NCBI GenBank assembly: GCA_964014485.1
Contig: CAXHAT010000015.1
Location: 1 to 60,467, forward strand
Source of the DNA: an uncultured Deferribacteres bacterium
GTDB taxonomy: Bacteria > Zhuqueibacterota > Zhuqueibacteria > Zhuqueibacterales > Geothermadaptataceae
Length of the DNA: 60,467 nucleotides
Reading direction: 5' to 3'
Under the pieces are notes generated by a model, which was not told where the DNA came from, did no database searches, and saw only the letters and a list, made by a program, of their open reading frames with translations. Numbering within the stretch: the first letter of the stretch is position 1; the number at the start of each line of letters is the position of its first letter. The position numbers and the translations under genes are program-made. This document shows positions 18,197 through 28,094 of this stretch, piece after piece.

Positions 18197-19828
18197 ATGT
18201 CTTACAATCCGCTCAAATTTTACCGCCAGGTTCTTCGTAGACTTTTTCTTCTCTACAGACACGTTCTTGGCCTGATGGTCGGCGGCTTAATCGCTTACGT
18301 CAACGATTTGCCCGCCTACAAGCGCAAATTTTTTCGCGCCGCAGGCTCTCGCGTCACCGCGCTTTTGCTGCGACCGTTCGTCAAACGACGCATTCGCAAC
18401 AAACCGTTTGAAGTGCAACTCCGGCTCAGGTTGGAAATGCTCGGCCCGACCTATGTCAAGCTTGGGCAAATCATGGCCATTCGCGAAGATATTTTGCCTT
18501 CCAACATCACCGATGAACTCAAGCAATTGCTGGATCAGTTGCCGCCGGTGCCGTACAAGCAGATCGAAGAAATCATTGAAAAAAGCCTGGAGCGCCCCGC
18601 GTCTGAACTATTCGAAAGCGTTGACCCAAATCCGTTGGGGACGGCCTCCATTGGCCAAACGCATCGCGCCAAAACGCTTACCGGCGACGATGTTGTGCTC
18701 AAAATAATCAAGCCCGGCATTCGCGAGACCATTCTTTACGACATTCGTCTGCTGCAAATCCTGGCAAATATTCTGGAATGGATTATTCCGCGCTACCAGC
18801 CCAAAACGATCATCAACGAATTCTGCTCCTACACGGAAAAAGAAATTGACCTGACTTTTGAGGCCGATCACGCTGAAACGTTCGCGGCGAATTTCGTCGA
18901 TCATGAAGAAGTGGTTTTTCCAAAGATTTACCGTGAATTCACCTCGCACGACGTGCTTTGCATGGAATTTCTCGACGGCGTCAAGCCAAGCGATCCGCGT
19001 GTTCTGGAAATGAGCAAGGACGATAAGGACAAAATAAGCGATCTCGGCGCCTTCGCGATTATTAAAATGCTCTACCAAGACGGTTTTTTCCATGCTGATT
19101 TGCACGCCGGGAATTTGTTCATTTTGCCCGGCCCCAAAGTCGGCTTTATCGATCTGGGCATGGTTGGTCGTTTCGACCATAAGATTCGCATGAACATGCT
19201 CTACTACTTCAACGCGCTTGTCAGCGGCGACGTTGACGGAGCGGTCAAATATCTTTTAGCCATGGCGCGGGTTGGAAAAGGGGGTGATCCGGAGGGGTTT
19301 AAGCGCGCGGTGGCCGACCTGTTCCGGCGATTCCTGCTGCAAACCGGTCGCGGTGATTTCAGTCTGGCGCATCTCATTCTCGAAGCGCTCGGGCTTGGCG
19401 GAAAATACAGGCTCTTCTTTCCAGTAGAAATGACTTTGATGATCAAAGCGCTGGTAACTTTTGAAGGCGTAGGGAAGAGTCTCGACCCAAATCTGGACGT
19501 CCCGGAATTGTCCAGACGGCATGTCCGGCGGATATTCGCCAACCATTACAATCCGGCGCAGCTTGTGAGCGAATTCATGCGCGGCGTGCCGGAGATGATC
19601 GACACGCTCGTGCGGGCGCCGGAACTGCTTTCAAGCGGATCGCGTGCGCTGGAAGAATTGATCAATAACAGTCAGCGCCAGGATAATCCGTTCGAGAGTC
19701 TGCGCAGTAGCCTGATGGCAGGGGCTTGCATTATCGGCGGCGTGCTTGGGTACGTGCAAGATGCGCATTTCGCTCTTTGGGGAGGGCTTTTTCTCTCCAG
19801 CATTATTTTTTATTTTTGGATTAAATAA
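18197..19828 (+). CDS. ABC1/AarF/UbiB family atypical kinase
   Basis: LGPTYVKLGQ, ASIGQTH, FFHADLHAGN and IDLGMVG motifs; C-terminal TM segments. Confidence 0.93.
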   Translation: MSYNPLKFYRQVLRRLFLLYRHVLGLMVGGLIAYVNDLPAYKRKFFRAAGSRVTALLLRPFVKRRIRNKPFEVQLRLRLEMLGPTYVKLGQIMAIREDILPSNITDELKQLLDQLPPVPYKQIEEIIEKSLERPASELFESVDPNPLGTASIGQTHRAKTLTGDDVVLKIIKPGIRETILYDIRLLQILANILEWIIPRYQPKTIINEFCSYTEKEIDLTFEADHAETFAANFVDHEEVVFPKIYREFTSHDVLCMEFLDGVKPSDPRVLEMSKDDKDKISDLGAFAIIKMLYQDGFFHADLHAGNLFILPGPKVGFIDLGMVGRFDHKIRMNMLYYFNALVSGDVDGAVKYLLAMARVGKGGDPEGFKRAVADLFRRFLLQTGRGDFSLAHLILEALGLGGKYRLFFPVEMTLMIKALVTFEGVGKSLDPNLDVPELSRRHVRRIFANHYNPAQLVSEFMRGVPEMIDTLVRAPELLSSGSRALEELINNSQRQDNPFESLRSSLMAGACIIGGVLGYVQDAHFALWGGLFLSSIIFYFWIK

Positions 19829-20003
19829 CTGATGTTACGCACTCTTGAAAATTTCTCAAGCAGCACCAGATGAAAGTCGTTTCTACGTCATTCCCGCGCA
19901 GGCGGGAATCCAGTCAATCGTGTGCAGCCCCTGGATTCCCGCCTGCGCGGGAATGACTTCAACAGGAGTTTCTTAGGCTTTATAGGTGGCGCGTAACATC
20001 AGT
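19828..20003. mobile_element. MITE family B with a dRS3-like core
   Basis: TIRs ACTGATGTTACGC / GCGTAACATCAGT; TAAATA duplicated on the flanks; core GTCATTCCCGCGCAGGCGGGAATCC..GGATTCCCGCCTGCGCGGGAATGAC. Confidence 0.88.
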
Positions 20004-20012
20004 TAAATAACG

Positions 20013-20279
20013 TTACGCTGTTTTGCCCTTTCTCCGCACCAATTCGCCCAGTTGATAGAAAACATGATGCGCCATGAAATGTCCCAAAGCCGCTACGCCC
20101 CAATCGAATGGGTGATTCCAAATTGGACCGATAGCCAGCCAATACAAGAGCGCGATCGGCACGTCACGTCGAAACCAATTGGGGACGTGAAACGCTAGCC
20201 AGCCCACCGTCCTGCCATTAAAACCGTCCAAAAAACTGCCGAATATTCGAATAAGCCAAATAATTGCATGAATTTCCAT
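20013..20279 (-). CDS. Hypothetical 88-aa hydrophobic protein
   Basis: ATG-started ORF filling an intergenic gap; no family recognised. Confidence 0.4.
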   Translation of the reverse strand: MEIHAIIWLIRIFGSFLDGFNGRTVGWLAFHVPNWFRRDVPIALLYWLAIGPIWNHPFDWGVAALGHFMAHHVFYQLGELVRRKGKTA

Positions 20280-20389
20280 TGGGTTGCCCTTTGCTTGGAT
20301 TCATAAAGTCGTCGTTTATATTGTGTATTCTTGCCTGACAACCGAGTGGATTAGTCGTCCCGATAATTTTAAATCGCCATTTTTCGGAT

Positions 20390-21688
20390 ATGCCTTTACC
20401 GACCGTCGTCCTAATTTTGAGCTTTATTCTCTTGTTGGCGCTGAACGTCCCCATCGCTTTTGCAATCGGCGTTTCAACGCTGTTGACGATTCTGACGATT
20501 GGCGGGCTGCCGGCGCTGAAATTGGTGGCGCATTCCATTGCAACGGGCATCGACAGCTTCACTTTGCTTGCCATTCCTTTTTTTATACTTGCCGGACAAT
20601 TGATGGGACGCGGCGGGATCGCACAGAGATTAATTGATTTCGCCAATGTGCTGGTCGGCAGGTTTCGGGGCGGGCTTTCTTATGTCAACATCATTACGTG
20701 CATGCTCTTTGGGGCGATTTCGGGGTCGGCGGTCGCGGCCGTGTCCAGCATCGGCGGTTTCATGATCCCGCTGATGAACAAAAAGGGCTATAACCGCGAT
20801 TTCAACGCCGCCGTCAGCATGACCGCTGCTACGACCGGACTTTTGATTCCGCCGAGCAACATCATGATCGTTTATTCTCTTGCCACGGGAGGCGCCGTTT
20901 CAATCGCAGCCATTTTTCTCGCCGGTTTTCTGCCGGGCGTTTTGACGGGAGTCGGCTTGATGATCGTGAGCGGCGTTCTTTCCGCAAAGCGAGGATACGG
21001 CAAAGGAGCAACCTTCGATTTCAAAGACGCAGCCCGCAAATTCCTCACGGCCTTGCCTCCAATGCTTCTTGTGGTCTTGGTTCTTGGCGGAATTTTGGCC
21101 GGGTATTTTACGGCAACGGAAGCTTCGGCAATCGCCGTCATTTACGCTCTCATTCTTTCCGTTTTCGTCTACCGAGAAGTCAAAATCAAAGAGTTGCCGC
21201 AAATTCTTCTGCAGTGTGGCGTAACGACCTCGGTTGTCATGCTGCTTATCGGCGCATCGATGGCGATGTCTTGGGTGCTTGCTTATGAAAACATTCCGCA
21301 AAATATCAGCGTCATGCTTCTCGGATTGACCGAGAACAAAATTTTAATCTTGCTGATTATAAACGTCTTCCTTCTCATCGTCGGCACGTTTATGGACATG
21401 ACGCCGGCGGTCTTGATTTTTACTCCGATTTTCCTGCCCGTCGTCGAGAGCATCGGCGTTCACCCCGTCCATTTCGGCGTTATCATGATCATGAACTTGT
21501 GCATCGGTATTTGTACGCCGCCGGTGGGTTCCGTGCTTTTTGTCGGCTGCGGTATAGCGAAAACCACGATTTCTCAAGTTATCAAACCCCTGCTCCCCTT
21601 TTTCCTGGCGATGATTGTCGTTCTTTTTTTGACGACATATTTGCCGTTCATGTCCATGCTTCTCCCCGAACTGTTTGGAATCAAATAA
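20390..21688 (+). CDS. dctM: TRAP transporter large permease
   Basis: LLAIPFFILAG, FGAISGSAVA, LIPPS, TATEAS and TPPVG motifs. Confidence 0.95.
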   Translation: MPLPTVVLILSFILLLALNVPIAFAIGVSTLLTILTIGGLPALKLVAHSIATGIDSFTLLAIPFFILAGQLMGRGGIAQRLIDFANVLVGRFRGGLSYVNIITCMLFGAISGSAVAAVSSIGGFMIPLMNKKGYNRDFNAAVSMTAATTGLLIPPSNIMIVYSLATGGAVSIAAIFLAGFLPGVLTGVGLMIVSGVLSAKRGYGKGATFDFKDAARKFLTALPPMLLVVLVLGGILAGYFTATEASAIAVIYALILSVFVYREVKIKELPQILLQCGVTTSVVMLLIGASMAMSWVLAYENIPQNISVMLLGLTENKILILLIINVFLLIVGTFMDMTPAVLIFTPIFLPVVESIGVHPVHFGVIMIMNLCIGICTPPVGSVLFVGCGIAKTTISQVIKPLLPFFLAMIVVLFLTTYLPFMSMLLPELFGIK

Positions 21689-21821
21689 GTCGCGGCATGG
21701 CGTCCATTTTCTTTCATCAAAAACCGAACTCCATTCCAATTTCGTGACTCTATCATTATGAAGCGTTTGAATTGGCGGCGATTGCCCAGGTAATCGCTAA
21801 GCTTAAGGCGGGAATAAATAA

Positions 21822-22376
21822 TTGGCCACGACGAAGCAGGAAATTCAATGGGTGCTGCTGGCGCAGTGCAAGGATTCAGAAGCGCTGGAAAGCCTGCTGA
21901 AAAGCGTCCAGGAACCGCTGTTTTGTTATATTGCCAGCATCACCGGCGAGCACGAAATCGCGGCGGATATTCTGCAGGAGACTTTCATTCGCATTTATCG
22001 CAAGCTTACGATGCTTCGGTCGCCGGAATTCTTTCGCGCCTGGGCGTTTCGCATCGCTTCGCGGGAAACTTTCAGGTGGTTGAAGCACGCCAGAAAATTC
22101 TACACGCTTGAGAATGCAGAACTCGACGGCCATGAATCGGTGTTTTATGAAATTGAATCAAGTTTTGAGCGGGATGAAATTCTCAAACAATTATATGATT
22201 CGATTTCACAACTGCCACCGGCTTGCAAAGCGGTGTTGGCGCTGCATTACGAACAGGAGGTTTCGCTGCAAGAAATTGCCGATATACTCGAAATTCCAAT
22301 CGGCACGGTAAAATCGCGATTAGCTTACGGGCTTAAAAAAGTGCGCAAAACCCAACGAAATGACCTGACGGTTTGA
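21822..22376 (+). CDS. ECF RNA polymerase sigma factor
   Basis: Region 2 'DILQETFIRIY..FRAWAFRIA' and region 4 'EIADILEIPIGTVKSRL'. Confidence 0.93.
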   Translation: MATTKQEIQWVLLAQCKDSEALESLLKSVQEPLFCYIASITGEHEIAADILQETFIRIYRKLTMLRSPEFFRAWAFRIASRETFRWLKHARKFYTLENAELDGHESVFYEIESSFERDEILKQLYDSISQLPPACKAVLALHYEQEVSLQEIADILEIPIGTVKSRLAYGLKKVRKTQRNDLTV

Positions 22377-22416
22377 TAAAAATCAATCTCGAAAATTATC
22401 AACAGGGGAAATTGGA

Positions 22417-22542
22417 ATGGAACAACTGAATAAACCACTGCTTGGCAAAGACGAACGAAAAACCCGCATGGCAATTTTAGTTCTTGCCATGATCGAAGCA
22501 TGGATCATGCTTATCGTCGGCTATTTAAAGTTTGCACAATAA
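22417..22542 (+). CDS. 41-aa single-TM protein
   Basis: AGGGGA RBS; MEQLNKPLLGKDERKTRMAILVLAMIEAWIMLIVGYLKFAQ. Below the ORF-track cutoff. Confidence 0.55.
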   Translation: MEQLNKPLLGKDERKTRMAILVLAMIEAWIMLIVGYLKFAQ

Positions 22543-22558
22543 TTCAATCGGAGGAAAA

Positions 22559-22873
22559 ATGGAATCGGTGGATTATGCGGAAACGGCGCGTCGTGCGGCG
22601 CTGGATCGAGTTGACAAAGCGGATCGCGCGTTCAAAGTTGCATTCGTCGGAGGAGCTTTGTTTGAGGGCGTGTTTTTGGCCCTGCTTATCTGGGCGGTCG
22701 ATTTTTCAGACCCGACGCATCGCGTGATTTTCGTCGCGGCGTTGTTAGTTTACGGCGCTTTGGCAATCGCCATTATTGCTTTGGGTCTTCACGTCAGCCG
22801 AGGCGCGGAGAGAATCTTGAAAGCACTGAGTCTGCTGCGGCAAGACGGTTCTGAATCTGCGCCTGCCAATTGA
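22559..22873 (+). CDS. Two-TM membrane protein, possible anti-sigma factor
   Basis: GGAGG RBS before ATG 22559; two hydrophobic helices; downstream of the ECF sigma gene. Confidence 0.75.
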   Translation: MESVDYAETARRAALDRVDKADRAFKVAFVGGALFEGVFLALLIWAVDFSDPTHRVIFVAALLVYGALAIAIIALGLHVSRGAERILKALSLLRQDGSESAPAN

Positions 22874-22932
22874 AACATATCGCATGAATTTAGAAGTTTG
22901 AGCTCTCAATCTCAACGCCTACAAATATCGAT

Positions 22933-23799
22933 CTATTCAAATTCAAAAACGGCGATTTCCGGGGGAACGCCAAAACGAAAATGCATATCCGACGTGCCAA
23001 CGCCGCTGGTGACGTAGAGCATTTTCGCGCCGTATTGAAACAAGCCGTGCATGTGCTCGGGATCGGGTTTGCGCTTAAGAATTTTCCAGAGAAAAGTCGG
23101 CAGCCAAACCTGCCCGCCGTGCGTGTCCCCCGCCAACGTGAGCACATGACGATCTTCAGGAACTTTCGTAAAAGCCAACGATGAGTGGCTCAACAAAATC
23201 GTTGGCTGGATGGCTGTGAGTGAATCCATCAGCGCAGAGTCTATCTTACGAAAAGGCTCTATTGAAGCGCCGCAATCGATCCCTGCGATGCGCACCGTTC
23301 TTCCTTCGATCTCAACGTCAAAAAAACTGTCGCGCAGAAATCTGGTTTGATTAAGACCTTGCAACTTCGCGCCGCCCTCGCTGTGACAAAAAACGCACTC
23401 GGCGGTGCTCAAAGAATAGTCAGAGTCCCCCATCACGGCGAAAACGCCGAGCGGGGCGGTCAGCTTGCGCATGAAATTGAAAACGACTTCCGCGTCTTGC
23501 GGCTTGCCGTACCAGCGTACATAGTCGCCGGTTAACAAGATCATGTCCGGCCTGATTGAACGAAGTTTTTTGAGCAAAGAATCGGTTTTCGAAACGTGTT
23601 TGGCAATGAGGTGCAGATCGCTAAGGTGGGCTATTTTTTTACCGGCGAGAACTTCTGCAAAAGCTTTGTTTTTGATAACAACGCTTTGCGTTTTTACTTC
23701 GGAGGAATCATGAACGACGAACCCGGAAGCAATAAGGACAATCGATACGCAAATCACCCAGAAAACTTTGCTGCTGCGCAATGATGCTAAAAAATTCAA
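22933..23799 (-). CDS. Metallophosphoesterase (YkuE-like) with an N-terminal TM segment
   Basis: SDLH, LTGDY, MGDSD (GNHD variant), LLSH and GDTHGGQ motifs. Confidence 0.9.
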   Translation of the reverse strand: MNFLASLRSSKVFWVICVSIVLIASGFVVHDSSEVKTQSVVIKNKAFAEVLAGKKIAHLSDLHLIAKHVSKTDSLLKKLRSIRPDMILLTGDYVRWYGKPQDAEVVFNFMRKLTAPLGVFAVMGDSDYSLSTAECVFCHSEGGAKLQGLNQTRFLRDSFFDVEIEGRTVRIAGIDCGASIEPFRKIDSALMDSLTAIQPTILLSHSSLAFTKVPEDRHVLTLAGDTHGGQVWLPTFLWKILKRKPDPEHMHGLFQYGAKMLYVTSGVGTSDMHFRFGVPPEIAVFEFE

Positions 23800-23911
23800 T
23801 CGCGTTTACTTTCTTGATAATTCTCGCACTCCGTCCACACTTTTCCCCAACGCTATTCAGGAGAATCGATTTTGCGACCTCATCGGTGAGCAAAGCGGAC
23901 TCTCCAGAATA

Positions 23912-24156
23912 ATTGATGTTACGTACGGCAACGCACATCCTGAGTCTTGGGGCAACCCTCGTCTCATTAGCGCCGGGCTTCAGCCCGGTGATGCACAAAA
24001 CGCTCCTTTTCTTCTCTTCCGCCGCGCTGGCGCGGCGGAAGAGATGGGACAGCCGTCTTCAAGCATCTCCGCTCTGAAGAGCGGAGCTAATGAGAATTAA
24101 AAGTTGCCCGCAGGTTTTTGATCGCGAGTACCAAACGACGAGTGCGTAACATCAGT
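23912..24156. mobile_element. MITE family B with a different palindromic core
   Basis: Ends TTGATGTTACG / GCGTAACATCAG; core CTCATTAGC-CCGGGCTTCAGCCCGG...CCGCTCTGAAGAGCGG-GCTAATGAG; inner GGGCAAC/GTTGCCC inverted pair. Confidence 0.8.
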
Positions 24157-24176
24157 TAATAACTTACAAAACAGTG

Positions 24177-25127
24177 TCAGTTCGTGCCGCTGGAGCGCTT
24201 CGACTGCCACTCTTTCATCTTGCTTTCGGCGACTTTCGCCACTTTTTCAAGATAGGCGTCGGCTTTGTCGGAATCTTTGACTTCGCCGTCCAAAGCAATA
24301 ATTTTGGCTTCGACGGAAGCGCCGGAAGGCGATTTTTTAAGCGTCAAAAATGCGACTTCTCTACCACGATCACCCGGGCCGACCATTGGAATCGCGCCAT
24401 CTTTAATATCCGCGCCCATCTCAGCGCCGGCGCTATGCCCAACGAGGATGACGTCAAAATCTTTGCGCGAAGTCGCCAGCTTTTGAGCGGCGAACGGCGT
24501 GCCGTGAAAAAGCAAAACTTTGAAATCGACGCTTTCGCCGTCCAATGCTTTACTTGATTCATCCAGGTAAGCGTGCAGCGGCTCCTGTGAAAATTGCGGC
24601 ATGCGTCTGGCAAATTGTTCCGGGAAAGCGGCCACTACGCCAACTTTGGCGCCGCCTTTTTCCAAGACCGTCCAGGCTTCGGCTTGCACCGGCCCGTCCT
24701 TAAGGTTGCCGGTCAGCATTTGCATGTTTTTGTTGTGTCCGGCCTTGAGCCAGGTAAACGTCGTGTCGGCGGCGTCACGGTCGCTCAACGCCATAGCGTC
24801 GTAGCCCATGTCAACCATCACGTCCAGCAAGATCGGCGTACTCCACGCTTGCCGTTCGTTCAACGTCTTCCCAACGTCCCCGCCGTCCAACATCAGCATG
24901 TTCGGGTGAATGTTTTTTAAGCTGTCCACGACAGCAAAACGCTTGGCAATACTGCCTCTGCGTTTGCCGCGTCAGCCACAGGCGTCAAAATACCCGTGCG
25001 TTGAACTGGTGAAAAAGATGTGCGTTTCACCGTCGGAAGCCTGCGCTCCCGGCGAGTTGGCATTGCAAGCCAGCGCCCACCCGAGAACGGGCAGAAAGAG
25101 CGACTTTTTGAAAGAATTCCTCATCAT
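24177..25127 (-). CDS. UshA-like (5'-nucleotidase fold) selenoprotein with a CxU motif, lipoprotein
   Basis: Two ORFs join in frame across TGA 24972-24974: ..THGYFDACG-U-RGKRRGSIAKRFAVVDSL..LMLDGGD. A SECIS-like hairpin follows the TGA. Confidence 0.85.
24930..24971 (-). promoter_or_regulatory. Bacterial SECIS element
   Basis: After UGA: GCAAACGC-AGA-GGCA-GUAU-UGCC-AA-GCGUUUUGC, with a G-initial apical loop 19 nt from the UGA. Confidence 0.75.
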
Positions 25128-25287
25128 TAACCCCGGCGTTTTGGTTTTACTGGTGAACATGACTATAAATATAAACAAGAAGCGGAAGATTTCAGAATAA
25201 AAAATGATAAATTTACAGTGAGTGAAGAGTTTGCCTGGAGACGGCCTGGATTTTCCAGACAACTTTTCCCGTTTCTAAGTGCGATTG

Positions 25288-26412
25288 TCACGGGTCTGAG
25301 TTCGTTTGACGGAGGGATTTAAGCTGTGACGGCGTTTGGCCGACGTGTTTCTTAAAAGCGGCGTTGAAGGCGGATTTTGAATTGAACCCAACCCGATAGG
25401 CTATTTCTTCGATGACAAAATTATTCGATTCATCGAGCAAAAGCTTCTTGGCTTCCTCAACGCGACGGCTGTTGACAAAATCGAAAAAGCTCATTTTTAA
25501 CTGCTGATTGATGACCTGCGAAAGATGGTTTGTGGAAACGGAGAGCGCTTTTGCGAGCTTCGGCAAGGTTAAATCGGGTTGCAGGAAGAGCTGTTCTTCA
25601 TCCATCAAGTCCTGGAGTTTGCGCAGATAAATTTGCGCCTGTTCGTCGGTCAAAGCGGACTTCGCGTATTTTTCGTTTTGTGAATTCGCTGCGGCGCTCT
25701 CGAAAATTTCCGGCTGCCTCATCCCTCGGAAGCCAAGCAGGTAAACAAAAACGGTCATCGCAATCGGGACGATAAAAAAGCGATCTTCGCCGCCAAAAAT
25801 GAGAATTTGCACAACGTACAATCCCGCAATAACGAAAAATCCGATGAGCAGAACGCGAATCCATTTTAAATTCAATTTTTCGATGGACGAGTGCTGGGAT
25901 TTTATAGCAAGCGCGTGACGGCGATAGAGCGCCAAAATGATGATCAAGTAGGCGATCTCCTGCGCGAAAAGGAAGCCGGAAAGCAATGACGGCGCAAAAA
26001 TGCTTTGGTCGTGGTGAACCTGAAGGTAAGCGATTTTTTCAGAAGCGGCGCTCAGATAAAACGGCGCTTTCGAAAAGACAAAAAGCAGAAACGGAATGAA
26101 ATGTAGAAACTCTTTTTTCCGGAATCTGAACTTTTTGTCGGTGAGTGCCCGGACGTAGAAATAGAAAATTGGCGGCAGCACAAAAAACAGCGGTGTTGCC
26201 AGTTCCGCCAAATGCGGCCATTGAAAAATGAGCCGGGTTTTGTACAAAATGAAATTAGCGAAGCCCAAGGCCAGCAGAAACAGGAATGCCGCCAGGATAC
26301 GATTGGCTCGTGCATTGGCCTGCTTCTTCGTCGCCAAAGCCGCGGCCCAAAACAGCGCTTGTAATTCACCGGCGAGACTGAGAGCGGCGTAAAAATCAAA
26401 GGTAGCGTTCAT
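25288..26412 (-). CDS. Membrane-anchored AraC family regulator
   Basis: About 7 TM segments followed by 'LSQVIN..FFDFVNSRRVEEAK..VGFNSKSAFNAAFKK..GQTPS'. Confidence 0.93.
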   Translation of the reverse strand: MNATFDFYAALSLAGELQALFWAAALATKKQANARANRILAAFLFLLALGFANFILYKTRLIFQWPHLAELATPLFFVLPPIFYFYVRALTDKKFRFRKKEFLHFIPFLLFVFSKAPFYLSAASEKIAYLQVHHDQSIFAPSLLSGFLFAQEIAYLIIILALYRRHALAIKSQHSSIEKLNLKWIRVLLIGFFVIAGLYVVQILIFGGEDRFFIVPIAMTVFVYLLGFRGMRQPEIFESAAANSQNEKYAKSALTDEQAQIYLRKLQDLMDEEQLFLQPDLTLPKLAKALSVSTNHLSQVINQQLKMSFFDFVNSRRVEEAKKLLLDESNNFVIEEIAYRVGFNSKSAFNAAFKKHVGQTPSQLKSLRQTNSDP

Positions 26413-26472
26413 GGAAACAAGATAAGAAATCCTTTATGAACGCTGCAAGTAAAGCGTTTTGGAGACAAGTGC

Positions 26473-26757
26473 TCATTTCGTGCCGCGAAACTCTAGCCAT
26501 TTCTTGAAAGAACGCTGGCTTTCCCCGGAAGGCTTGCCCATGATGAGATTCTCAACGCTAATATCTTCATCGAGTTCCGTCCAGTGAATCCCTTCTCCGC
26601 GACCGATCATTCGCCAGTTGTTGCGCTCTTCCGGCGTGCCATGCAACAATCTTGGGAACCAGGCGAGCGGTACGGTGACGGTGCGTCCGTTGTTCAACTC
26701 GGCCGAAAGAGAGTTATCGCTGATACTTATGTTATTGGCGTCGACAAAGGTTTTCAT
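26473..26757 (-). CDS. DUF2442 family antitoxin-like protein
   Basis: 'GRTVTVPLAWFPRL..GIHW.ELDEDISVE' signature. Confidence 0.88.
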   Translation of the reverse strand: MKTFVDANNISISDNSLSAELNNGRTVTVPLAWFPRLLHGTPEERNNWRMIGRGEGIHWTELDEDISVENLIMGKPSGESQRSFKKWLEFRGTK

Positions 26758-26758
26758 A

Positions 26759-27055
26759 TCAACCTGCCGCTAATATTTTGACTTCTTCTTCCAACCGATC
26801 AGCTAGATCCATTTTTGCCTTTTCAATTTCATAATGCGTTTGGACGCCTGTCCAGAATTCGACCGACATGCCGAAATAGCGCGCAAGCCTGAGGGCGGTG
26901 TCGGCGCTGACGCCGCGCTCGCCGCGAACGATCTTGTTGATGCGCATGGCGGGAACGCCGATGTCTTGCGCCAGCCGGTATTGACTAATGCCCATCGGCT
27001 TCAAAAACTCTTCCCGCAGAATCTCGCCGGGGTGGATTGGCGGATAATCTCTCAT
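26759..27055 (-). CDS. higA: HigA family antitoxin
   Basis: 'PIHPGEILREEFLKPMGISQYRLA..RINKIVRGER..ADTALRLARYFG..FW'. Confidence 0.92.
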   Translation of the reverse strand: MRDYPPIHPGEILREEFLKPMGISQYRLAQDIGVPAMRINKIVRGERGVSADTALRLARYFGMSVEFWTGVQTHYEIEKAKMDLADRLEEEVKILAAG

Positions 27056-27079
27056 AGCAAGCCTCAACAAAGCATAGAA

Positions 27080-27412
27080 TTACATTTCGTCCCGGCTCAA
27101 TCTATCACTCGCCAAACGATCCAGACTGACTCCGGCCTCAGCGGCTTCGAGGGCCAAACGACGATGCAAGTCCGGCGGGATGTGGAGCATGATTTCCCCG
27201 CTAAAACGTTGAATCGCCAGTGGCGGAGGAGCATGCTCGTGGTTCACTTTCAAATCAGCGACCACCTCGGCTACCGTTTTACGAATGCCTTTCAAAGCTT
27301 CTTCCGGCGCTTCCGCCAGCCAGCTCAAACTCGGAAACTCCGCACAAAGGCCAACATACTCCTCGTCTTCTTCCGACCAGGTCACGCGGTATGTATAACG
27401 ATCATTTTTCAT
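27080..27412 (-). CDS. hicB: HicB family antitoxin
   Basis: 'YTYRVTWSEEDEEYVGLCAEFPSLSW' plus a C-terminal RHH 'FSG...IPPDLHRRLALEA..GVSL'. Confidence 0.9.
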   Translation of the reverse strand: MKNDRYTYRVTWSEEDEEYVGLCAEFPSLSWLAEAPEEALKGIRKTVAEVVADLKVNHEHAPPPLAIQRFSGEIMLHIPPDLHRRLALEAAEAGVSLDRLASDRLSRDEM

Positions 27413-27482
27413 TTTCTTGCGCCTCCAAGCGTTCTATCGCTTTCAAGACTTGTTTTACTTGATACGCTTTCGCCATTCCCTT
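27402..27482 (-). pseudogene. hicA: HicA toxin C-terminal remnant
   Basis: KGMAKAYQVKQVLKAIERLEAQENEK* overlaps the hicB start; the N-terminal part is missing. Confidence 0.7.
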
Positions 27483-27584
27483 GGCATGTGGTAGATTCCT
27501 ATGGGTTATGTTGAAGCGCCAGCAAAGAAGTAATATTTGAAAAAGCGCTCTTCGTTTATCATATCACGAAGAGAATTTAGCAGA

Positions 27585-28094
27585 TCATGAATCTAAAATC
27601 TCAAGAATCTGTTCCTTTGAAAGTCGGAAACCTCTTCCAAGGCTCTTCCATGCGCTGACCATTTTCTGATATTTATCAACAACAGGGAAATGACTGTTAA
27701 AATTGTCATTTCTTGTTTTGTAGGGAAGCTGTTCAAGAAATTTTTTCTGGGTTTCAATCAAAAAAAGCGTAAAAGCAAAATATTCGGACTCTTCATTCCC
27801 ATCAAATCCTTTAAAATACCCCCATCTGTGATTCAAGATTTCTTCGTCTTGAGGATTTTGTTTTTTGTAATCTTCTACCATTCTGTAAATACCTAGAATG
27901 TCAAGAACGAATTTGCCTTTTTCCTTTGACATACCTTCGCCTATCCATTCATCGACTATTGAGTAAAATATCTCATAGCCATACTGTAATATTTCTATTA
28001 GTTCATCATAGTTAACACCACTCTCTGAATCTAATTTTTTTAGTATTTTATATTGATTTATTAGAAGAACTCTGTCAATTTTTTCTAGTTGCAT
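27585..28094 (-). CDS. YfbU family protein
   Basis: 'RVLLINQYKIL..EILQYGY..FVLDIL..FKGFDGNEE..NSH'; visibly more AT-rich than its flanks. Confidence 0.85.
   Translation of the reverse strand: MQLEKIDRVLLINQYKILKKLDSESGVNYDELIEILQYGYEIFYSIVDEWIGEGMSKEKGKFVLDILGIYRMVEDYKKQNPQDEEILNHRWGYFKGFDGNEESEYFAFTLFLIETQKKFLEQLPYKTRNDNFNSHFPVVDKYQKMVSAWKSLGRGFRLSKEQILEILDS

Noticed and set aside
17981..18262. Short ORFs over repeats (also 39294..39703, 23768..24100, 4981..5278)
   Set aside because: They are translations of MITE/REP sequence with no RBS or family support.
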